A DNA stretch of 64,000 bases. Origin: Cyanidioschyzon merolae (Eukaryota). The DNA is taken from assembly GCA_000091205.1 (NCBI GenBank), contig AP006489.2. One strand, written 5' to 3'. Positions within the stretch are counted from its first letter, which is position 1, and each line of letters opens with the position of its first letter. Below the pieces are notes generated by a model. It saw only the letters and a program-made list of their open reading frames with translations, was not told the origin of the DNA and did no database searches. Of this stretch, positions 20,164-29,031 are shown one piece after another. The position numbers and the translations under genes are program-made.

Positions 20164-23109
20164 TTGTATGCTCGCTCGTGTCGACTCTTCAGTCAGTACC
20201 CCAATTGTGGATACCTTGCAAGGTCTCGGGACTGTCTATTCACGTACCACACGATGCACACTGTACCGGAGGGCTGCAGCTCCCCGCGTGCCGATGAGCA
20301 GACTAAGCTGATGCGCCAACAACCGCATGAGAACGGCACCAAACCGGCGATATTGTCGGAAGCGAGCGCGCTGCTCGCTGCAATGAGGCACTGGGAGGAG
20401 CAGCTCGCGCAGCGCCAGCTCCCCATCGACAAGCGAGATCAAAACACACCCGACGACTGGGTGCCTCGTCATCAGGCGATGGTGCGTCTCACGGGGAGGC
20501 ACCCGTTCAATGCCGAGCCGCCACTATGTTTGCTAGATCAGGATCTCACGAGCCAGGAACTTCACTATGTACGGAACCATGGAGCAGTCCCGCATCTGAC
20601 CCTGGGCACGCACCGCATTCATATCAGTGGCCTGGTAGAACGTCCGGGCGCGTTTTCTGTAGAGGAACTGCTCGCGCTGGGGGAGCTCGTCACGATCCCT
20701 GTGACCCTCGTGTGCGCTGGCAACCGGCGCAAGGAACTCAATCAAATACGCCAAAGCATTGGTTTCCACTGGGGTGCAGGCGGCGCCTCCACGTCCTTCT
20801 GGACAGGGGTACGTTTGGCGGACGTCCTCCGTCACTGCCAAGTCTGTGAATCTCCGAAAGCCCGTTATGTATGCTTCACTGGTGCTGATGAGCCAGCGAA
20901 AGGTCCGTACGGTACTAGTATACCGCTCGCGATGGCGCTGGATCCGCACGCTGACGTACTCCTAGCGGTTGCTCAGAATGGAGCGCCTCTACATCCGGAC
21001 CATGGGTATCCTGTTCGACTTTTGGTGCCAGGATGGATTGGCGGGCGCATGGTCAAGTGGCTGTCCCATGTTGAGGTTTCAGACCGCGAATCGCAGAACC
21101 ATTACCATTTTTTTGATAATCGCATCATGCCCCCACACGTGGATAAGGAGCGCGCCGACTCGGAGAAATGGTGGTATCGCCCCGAGTACCTTTTCAACGA
21201 GCTGAATATCAACTCGGCGGTAGTGCGCCCGCTGCACGATGAATTGCTTCCGCTGCACCATGCGAGCGAGCAGCATTCCTATCGTATCGAAGGCTACGCC
21301 TACAGCGGCGGTGGCAGACCCGTCACGCGTGTGGAGATCACTTTCGATGACGGTCAGCTTTGGAATCTGTGCGAGCTGCGGCATCCTTTTGAGCCGAACG
21401 CAGCCGGACGGCAATGGGCCTGGAGTCGCTTCAGCTTCAATGCATCACTCGTGCATTTGCTGTGTTGCACCGAGTTTGCAGTCAGGGCCTGGGATAGCAG
21501 CAACAATACACAGCCGCATCGCTGGACCTGGAACGTCATGGGTATGGGCAATAATGCGTGGTACCGCGTGCGCGTCTCACCGGTACCCGATCCCGGCACC
21601 GGACGTATTTCGCTGCGTTTCGAGCATCCTACAGTGCCGGGGCCGACGGCTGGCGGCTGGATGGGTTCCAGTACTGTCCCAGGAGCGTCGCACTCGGGGC
21701 AGCAACCAGCTGTGCCTGCACCAGCAACAGAACATGCACTGCGAGACGCCCCGGAGGCGAAGCGCGACATCGCCCAAATGGCTGAGCGGGTGCAGATGCC
21801 ACCTGTGCCGAACGCAGTTGGCAGCACGGTGCATGGCTCCAATGTGTACCAACAAATGATGCGCAAAAAGACCGCGGAAAAGCTCCAGCAGGCGCAACAA
21901 CGCCTCTATACAAGCGCCCAAGTTGAGCGGCACCAGAGTGAGACCGATCTTTGGATCGTAGTGCGCGGTCGTGTCTACGACGTGACGCGCTATCTGAACG
22001 AGCACCCCGGTGGCAAGGCGGCGATCATGATGAATGCCGGACAGGATTGTACCGAAGACTTTGAGGCCATTCACTCCGAGAAAGCCTGGAAGTTGCTGGA
22101 TGACTTTTACATCGGAGAATTGGCTCCTGCTGGGTCATCCGCAGATGCGTCGCTCTCGTCGTCGCCTCATCTGGCGTATACGGACTCGTCGACGGATCTG
22201 CTGCGGGAGCAGTTCTCCAGAGACGCAGTCATTCACGCCGATGCCGCTGACGGCGCCTGTACCGAGAGTATCGATGGATGCCGCCCGGCATTAGACCCAA
22301 AGAAATGGAAGGACTTTGTGCTCGCCAGCAAGTCGTATATCACGAAGAACACGGTGCGACTGCGCTTTGCTCTACCTGATGTCAACCAAGTGCTGGGTCT
22401 GCCTACAGGGAATCATTTGCTCATTCGGGCGCGAATTGAGAACAAGAATGTCGCACGGGCGTACACACCGACGAGTCTCGGCCACGAAGCCGGCTTCTTC
22501 GAGCTTGTGATCAAAGTGTACCGCGCGGGCGCGCATCCTTCATACCCGTCTGGCGGGAAAATGTCGCAGTATCTGGAACTGCTTCGTATTGGAGACACGG
22601 TGCAGGTCAAGGGCCCACTTGGGCACTTTAGCTACGTCGGACTTGGCGCGTACATGTTACATGGACGAGCTGGAAGGGCGCGGCGGTTCGCTTTTCTTTG
22701 TGCAGGCAGTGGCATCACGCCAGCGTTCCAGGTGATGAAAGCAATCCAGGTTGAGCTTCAAGAGCATGCGAAACAGTCATCTACACCGTTTCTGGATGCT
22801 ATATACCTGGTCTACGCGAATCGAAACGAGGACGAGATTCTGCTCTTCCAGGAACTCGAAGCATGGCGCCAGTGCGATGCGCGCTTTCAGTTCTGCTACG
22901 TACTGAGTCAACCGTCGGAAGCCATTTCCAAAACGTTTCCGGAGGCTGTCGTTGGCCACGTGAATCAGGAGCTGCTGGCAGCCCGTCTACCGGGGCCACG
23001 TAGTGATCTTATTATCGGCATTTGTGGTCCAGCGGGATTTCAGGATGATGCGTGCATTCCGGCACTGAAAGCTCTGGGATATACTTCGGAACAGTTTTTT
23101 ACGTTCTAA
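20164..23109 (+). CDS. Assimilatory nitrate reductase [NAD(P)H] with Moco, dimerisation, cytochrome b5 and FAD/NAD domains. The true start may instead be the in-frame ATG at about 20251 (MHTVPEG...).
   Basis: The Moco Cys motif VTLVCAGNRRKELNQIRQSIGFHWGAGGASTSFWTGVRL is present. The b5 haem domain reads YLNEHPGGKAAIMMNAGQDCTEDFEAIHSEKAWKLL. The FAD motif RAYTPTS and the NAD motif CAGSGITP are present, and the canonical domain order is preserved in 981 aa. Confidence 0.95.
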   Translation: MYARSCRLFSQYPNCGYLARSRDCLFTYHTMHTVPEGCSSPRADEQTKLMRQQPHENGTKPAILSEASALLAAMRHWEEQLAQRQLPIDKRDQNTPDDWVPRHQAMVRLTGRHPFNAEPPLCLLDQDLTSQELHYVRNHGAVPHLTLGTHRIHISGLVERPGAFSVEELLALGELVTIPVTLVCAGNRRKELNQIRQSIGFHWGAGGASTSFWTGVRLADVLRHCQVCESPKARYVCFTGADEPAKGPYGTSIPLAMALDPHADVLLAVAQNGAPLHPDHGYPVRLLVPGWIGGRMVKWLSHVEVSDRESQNHYHFFDNRIMPPHVDKERADSEKWWYRPEYLFNELNINSAVVRPLHDELLPLHHASEQHSYRIEGYAYSGGGRPVTRVEITFDDGQLWNLCELRHPFEPNAAGRQWAWSRFSFNASLVHLLCCTEFAVRAWDSSNNTQPHRWTWNVMGMGNNAWYRVRVSPVPDPGTGRISLRFEHPTVPGPTAGGWMGSSTVPGASHSGQQPAVPAPATEHALRDAPEAKRDIAQMAERVQMPPVPNAVGSTVHGSNVYQQMMRKKTAEKLQQAQQRLYTSAQVERHQSETDLWIVVRGRVYDVTRYLNEHPGGKAAIMMNAGQDCTEDFEAIHSEKAWKLLDDFYIGELAPAGSSADASLSSSPHLAYTDSSTDLLREQFSRDAVIHADAADGACTESIDGCRPALDPKKWKDFVLASKSYITKNTVRLRFALPDVNQVLGLPTGNHLLIRARIENKNVARAYTPTSLGHEAGFFELVIKVYRAGAHPSYPSGGKMSQYLELLRIGDTVQVKGPLGHFSYVGLGAYMLHGRAGRARRFAFLCAGSGITPAFQVMKAIQVELQEHAKQSSTPFLDAIYLVYANRNEDEILLFQELEAWRQCDARFQFCYVLSQPSEAISKTFPEAVVGHVNQELLAARLPGPRSDLIIGICGPAGFQDDACIPALKALGYTSEQFFTF

Positions 23110-24342
23110 AGCCGTTTGTTTGCGATTTTTTTCTCCCAGTGATAAGCAGAAGACTTCGATGCAGTCTCGTCGCAGTGCTTGTCATACAAGCCAATACCGC
23201 GCTGCTCGCACCAGACGTGCACCCGCAACCTTCCTCTGAGTCTACGCAGTTCGCACGCTTTACCCCAAGGTGGAAAGCGCGTCAGCCAGCGCACCGGATT
23301 CGTGCATGCTGGCCATGCGATGCCATACGCAACGCGCCCGAGCCAATGAACAGCCGACGACCGCACTCGCTGCCCAGGCACGCGTTCCTCCGTGCCCCTG
23401 GACCGCTCAGCAGCACTGGCGCTCCAGGCGGGTCCCAGAGCTTCGAACGAGCACCTACGCCGCGACCGATGCCATACGAATTGTGCAAGAGGCGTGCACC
23501 TACCAAAGTGAATCTGTATTTCCTGGAAAGCGCACGACGGCCCCATGATGGGCCATACGCTTGAAGACCGCACAAAAAATTCGGAATCTCTGCGACGTCC
23601 TGATCTCTCTCTGACGCGAAGCGCCGGCATCGCACACCGCGGAACCCGGCAAATCGTGTGGCGGCGGTAGCGCCCGGCAGCGCATCGTCAAACCGGCGAT
23701 GATCAGCATATGGCATGCCAATCAGCGACAATAATGGATCATTTAGTTCCAAAAATTACAAACTTACCATCGCTCGGTAGATCGCCGAGTCGCATGTACA
23801 TTGCGGACGATGCGCAGCCGCCGTGCGTGCAGCGACCACCTGAACGGATGGCGCAGCTGATCGACTCGCGGTGACCCGCAGCGTTCGCCGTCTCAGATTC
23901 GGAACGGAAACGGATCGGATACCGATGGACTCGGGCGTCTCTATTGCCCAAAGCTTGCCTGCGCTGCGACCATATAGCGTCGCAGCAAGAAGCGAAAACT
24001 GAGCCTCATGGCACCGACCAAGTGCTGTGTCTTTCGCTGCTGCGCGCGAGCTGTGTTTGGGCGTAGCACTGCCTAGTGTCGGCGATTTGGCTATTCCCTG
24101 GTGCTAGCGCGCTGACACAAATGAGGTGCTCTGAATTTTTACGGTCACTGAAAAAGACGGCAGATAGCCCCTTGGTCGGCGCTTCGGTTTTAACAAGACT
24201 GCCAGGAGCCCGCGGCAACTCTGACATCAGCCTCTGCTATCGGTTCCCGCCTCATAGGCTGCACCCTTGAGGAATTCGTTCCAGCACGCACCCTGATCGC
24301 GTGCTTACCCGAGAATGCTGTTCATGGATTCGCCAGCAGCAG

Positions 24343-26403
24343 CTACGATACGGGCGCTGCCGGCACCCCATCCCAATAACGTTGCGCATACGCCTCGAGT
24401 TGCGCCTTCCCAACTCGATCGCAAAAGTCTCCAAAGGACTCGTCCGGCTCGCGTGCGCTTTTCCAGAATACAAACACCGGCTCCAGGACGCGCTCCACCT
24501 GATCGTCCGTCACCCGATCGATATACGGCCACGCGAGGCGCGTCTGCATCGGGCTCCCGCCCAGCCACACCTGATACGTACAATTCGGACCTGATCCGAC
24601 GAATCCCAACTCGGCCATGTACGGACGCGTGCACCCGTTCGGGCATCCAGTCATGCGCATCACGAACGATGCGTGCGGCGAGATGCCGACTTTGGACAGC
24701 AGCTCGCGCACGCGCTGCACGTAGCGCGGCATGACACGCTCCGCCTCCGTGATCGCCGGCGGACACAGCGGCAACGCTGGACACGCCATCGCGTCACGCA
24801 TCAGCGGATCCAGTGCGGATGCTGCCGTCTCGACGCCGAACGACGCCAGCAGCGTCTCGACGTCAGGGCGCGCTGTCGCTGGCACCTGCGTGATGAGAAG
24901 GTTCTGCTGCGGCGTACATACCAGGGGAAAGTTGAAGCGATCCGTTAGGGCACGGAGTGCTTTCTTCAGCTCGTCTTTGATCCGCCCGTTCTGTACGTAG
25001 AGGCCGAAAAACCAGCGTCCGTCTCCTTGCTCGCGCCAACCCAGATAATCCTGGAAAGTCCACGGCGGCATGGAGCGTATCGACTCTAGCGCACTGCCAC
25101 CACCCACCATATACGACTTGACGAGTTCGCGGAATCGATCGATGCCCAGCCGATGCACCAGGTACTTCATCCGGGCGTTCGTGCGAACTGCACGATTGCC
25201 GTGGTCCCGCTGGGCAGCCAAGATCGCTTTGAGTGTGTCGTACAGCGCCGCTGCCGGTACGTACCCCAGCGGATCGGCAGCACGCGCGAAGGTCTCCTCT
25301 TTGTTATGAGTGCGACCCATGCCGCCGCCGACGAGAATATTGGCACCTTCCAGTTGACCCTGCGCATCACAAAAAACGACGATTCCAATGTCGTGTGTGT
25401 AGATGTCGATAGAATTATCCCCGGGAACAGTGACACCAACTTTGAACTTGCGCGGAAGGTACAGCTTTCCGTAAAGCGGCTCGACGGAATCCTGCAGAAC
25501 CTGACCACGCCCGTTATCCTCCGTCATGAGTCGTCGAACTTCGTCCATGTCCAGCTCCTTCTTCCAGTACTCGATGCTGGCGGCAAGCTCCCCATCGAGC
25601 CACAGATCCGCAAACGCGTGCGACTGAATCGCGAACAGCTCTGCCACCATTCTGGCAACGTGTCGTGCCTGCGCATACGCGGCATCGACGAAGGGCGCCG
25701 GCGGCGCGATGACGTTGCGCGAGCAGTCGCCGCTCGCACCATACAGCCCGCCGCCCGCTCGCACGATGCTCTGGACGACGGTTTTCAGATTGGATTTATG
25801 GATGCCGTGGATTTGGAACGAAGAGCGCGTCGTGAGCCGCAGCGTCTTGTTCCCATAGGTTTCACTGATGTCGTCGAGTGTCGTATACAGCGAAGGCGGA
25901 CACTCGCCGGCGGGCATTTTCAGACGGAGCATGAACTGGTATTTCTTGAGCTCCCCGCGAACACGTTGATCTCGGTTATCTTGGAGATATCCGCCATGGA
26001 ACTTGATAAGTCCGATGCAGTCATCGGAGATGAAGATCTGGTCGTTGCCCAGTTCTTCCATTAATGGGTGACGAAGATAGTCCGAGTTCAGTTTCGGCAA
26101 CTCGTATGGATTTAGCTTGAGCTGGTCGAGTGTCCCGTCACGGATTGCTTCCTCGATATGCTTCCGCGTTGTGATCGGCACGACCGTATGCTTCTTCCGA
26201 GACTGTTCAGATGAGAGGTTTGCTATGATGTTCCGCCGGGCGGTTCGGCACTGCCGTTGGCGTCGTAGTCGGTCTCGCAACAGTACCTCGGTCAACGGAT
26301 AAACGCCCGGTGCTGCGGAACCGGTGGGTGCCAAACCTCTGCGAGCGCCGACTAGAGGTTTTGCGTACGTGACGAACATCATCAGAGTATACCGCACGCG
26401 CAA
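24343..26403 (-). CDS. Siroheme/[4Fe-4S] sulfite/nitrite reductase hemoprotein, ferredoxin type and CysI/SiR-like. By position it is the presumptive nitrite reductase of the cluster.
   Basis: [77 protein letters not shown] closely matches the siroheme-cluster region of E. coli CysI (CPLAMAEAERFLP...[33 protein letters not shown]) and plant SiR (PLCPLAITEAERGIP...[24 protein letters not shown]). There is no FAD/NAD(P)H domain in the 686 aa. The N-terminus is Arg-rich and presequence-like. Confidence 0.8.
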   Translation of the reverse strand: [686 protein letters not shown]

Positions 26404-27229
26404 CTATGTTGAAGGCGCTGCTCTGGCACGAGCTCGAATGGCCAGCAGAGCTTAAACGAAGTAAGGCAAAAGCCATCCTGAATTCATGCGTTCCTATCGA
26501 TCCCACGGGTGCGTGTTATCCAACGGATCACGGATCCGTTGAGCATCGCAGACCTGTCCAGTTAAGTCTATAGTTGGCTCGTTTTGAATCTCTTCGCAAA
26601 GGCGCGCAGCGTGCCCCACGCGCACACGTGCCGAAGATTCGTGCGATGCCGATCCGGCCTCATAGCGGACACGTGTCGCAAGGAAATGCCGTGCACGCAG
26701 CGTCCTTCCCATGGCCGTTATGTACAGTATGATTCATGTTAATTGTTTTAAGTGGACAAGTCTTGACACATGCCAGTGTTCTCCAACCGTGCGCTTCCTA
26801 TCAGCGCGCGGTGAAGCATCGCTCGATTCACCTACTTCCAAGTTCCATAACCCTTACCTCTTCTTGGATATACTAGCCGCTTCATACGTTCTATCGTTCG
26901 CCGCGTGCCTGCCCTGCTGCATCTGGAATAGCGATTATAGTGCCGGTGCGGTCGTAGCACGGTTACGGAACGGCGTTGCAGTTCCACAGAGGGCGTCGGC
27001 GCGAGAGTATACATGAATATCCACACACAGACGCCTCTCAGCTATTCTTGACCGGCCGACTTCTATCGGTTTCAGTTTCTGCTAGAACACTTCCAGCTTG
27101 AGAGGCTGCACCACAAAACTCGATCGCGACAGCTCCTCGGATGTCGTCTTCAACACTGCATATCGTCGGATATTGATAGCGGCGTCAAAGTCTCGGTTCA
27201 CGAATTCCGTCTGTTCATTGGCTCAGGTG

Positions 27230-27600
27230 GGACTCAACAAAGCAAGGATTCCTAGAACTCGCGCCTTCTGTGCAAGCAAGGCCTCGTCATCGCACCGTCG
27301 GGAAGCACCTGTTGACGCCAATCTCCCCTCTTGTTCTTCGTATTCTTTTTCACTTGCTCTTCTTCGCTCGATGGTATGCGAGAGGAGGATTGTTTTCGTT
27401 TTTCCTTTCGCGGCAGCCGGCGACAGCGGGCCCCCAGGATCCCTGCCGTCCACGCCCGTTCCTTTCCCTTGAATTTTATTTCTCCAAATGAAAGCACTTT
27501 GAGCACATCTGCTGTACGCTGCGAGAAAGTACTTGATGACATGCACCCGGGTCTGAAACACATTTGAGTTGAACGACGGTAAGATTCATATGCAACGCTA
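27230..27600 (-). mobile_element. Diverged fragment homologous to the 5' end and N-terminal K/R-rich region of the Fanzor-like element at 57.24-57.65 kb.
   Basis: DNA similarity of about 75% by eye between ...cccctcttgttcttcgtattctttttcacttgctcttcttcgctcgatggtatgcgagaggaggattgttttcgtttttcctttcgcggcagccggcgacagcgggcccccaggatcc... (27320-27450) and 57360-57470. The peptide similarity DPGGPLSPAAAKGKTKT versus DPGGPGSPAAREKKQKT holds in the same frame and orientation. It ends about 70 bp before direct repeat copy 2. Confidence 0.55.
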
Positions 27601-27672
27601 AATTTTTTGCACCGATCCCGCCTCAAGCTATTTCTTCCGAACGTTTCCTACGATGCACAGTATAATTATTAT

Positions 27673-28857
27673 TCCCAATCCATCCATAAGCGCTTACGGA
27701 TGCATACGTCGTTCGAGGACCCCTGGTCTTTTTTTCGGAGTGGTTCGCTCACCGCTTTGCTGCCGGCACTCGTTTCGATACAGGAATCGAGGTGGTTCAC
27801 GACAACCTCGAATACATATTCGTGAATTGGCCTGTATCCTCATCCAATGCGAACGTGCAAGCCGCTGCTCTTCTGCATTCCGGAGGTATCGCATGCCGGA
27901 ATCACGCATTTTCATGCCCGGAATCTTTCTGTATCGAGGCAGCGAATAAGTGCAGAAAATTCCCACCTTTACATGGGCACGAAAAGCATTTCGTCTTCGC
28001 CTGCTAGCGAATTCTGCACTGGTTCATGGCGAGTCATCACTGAATGTGTCACGTCCAACAATCCGCTGCGTTCGAATGGCCAATGGCCCTCTCGTTGTGG
28101 TGAACGACGCACTGGCATTCGCCAGCATCTTGATACGTCTCACAGGATGTGCTCGCGGGGACTCGCGACTTTTCCTTTTGCATTTCGAACGGTCTTGGAC
28201 TTGGACGTTCTCTTCGCAGCAATCGCTTCTAGTGGAGTGTGCGTCATCGCGTCGCACGATACAAGCAATGGCCAGCTCGATAGATGTCGATCTGTTTTCT
28301 TTCCTGGATTTTCATCGCAGTATTTGTTCCATCACGAACATTACCGAGTTCCACAAATACTTTATCGAATGGAACAGTGTGCACTTGCATTTGCAGCAGA
28401 GAGCGTACGTGCCGAGAGCATCATCTGCAAGTAGCCCGTGCGTATAGGGTACGGTATCGGGCACGCAAACCGAGACAGGTATAGACAATGCCCTTCTATA
28501 CCCGTCAGTAACGTGTAACAATCGATGAAGCAAGCGCTCACACTCGACAGCATGGCTCCCCGGAGTGGCAGCATGGTGTACGCGTGCGAACATTCGACCG
28601 CAGTCGGCTGGCACCGCCGCATACGGCAAACCTCTTTCGCATACGCAGCAGATGAGCATACCAAGCGAAAAGTAGACCGCAACGCCGACCTACGCATCCA
28701 GTGCGTCCCCCGAAGCCGGAAGCAGCCAAATACTGACTCTAATGTTGCCGGCAACATCCTTCACCAGCTGACAAAGAAGCCGGAAGGACCAGAGCGTCCA
28801 GCGTACTACACTCCAGAGGTAAAAGAGATGACTCTGAACCAGTCACAGAAAAAAGCC
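27673..28857 (+). repeat. Direct repeat copy 2 (about 1185 bp), right flank of the nitrate-assimilation cluster.
   Basis: About 99% identical to 15132-16317 (offset 12541 bp). The palindrome at its 5' edge carries one mismatch (ATCCATAAGCGCTTACGGAT). Confidence 0.9.
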
Positions 28858-29031
28858 TGAAAATCCTCATTATGAAAATAATGGGAAAAGATTCAAACTT
28901 TAGCGCGTATGCCCTTGTTCGCAAAATGAGCCCGCTCCATTTCGTACGAACACGGGTGTCCTAGCGTATCCGCGTCCCGATCGCCTCGATTCAAATCATA
29001 AATCCTACTTCATAAACCAGGTTACCTGCTT

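Noticed and set aside
15132-28857. An LTR-retrotransposon interpretation of the two 1.19-kb direct repeats.
   Set aside because: The repeats lack TG...CA termini. The internal region encodes nitrate-assimilation enzymes rather than gag/pol. No PBS or PPT is evident.
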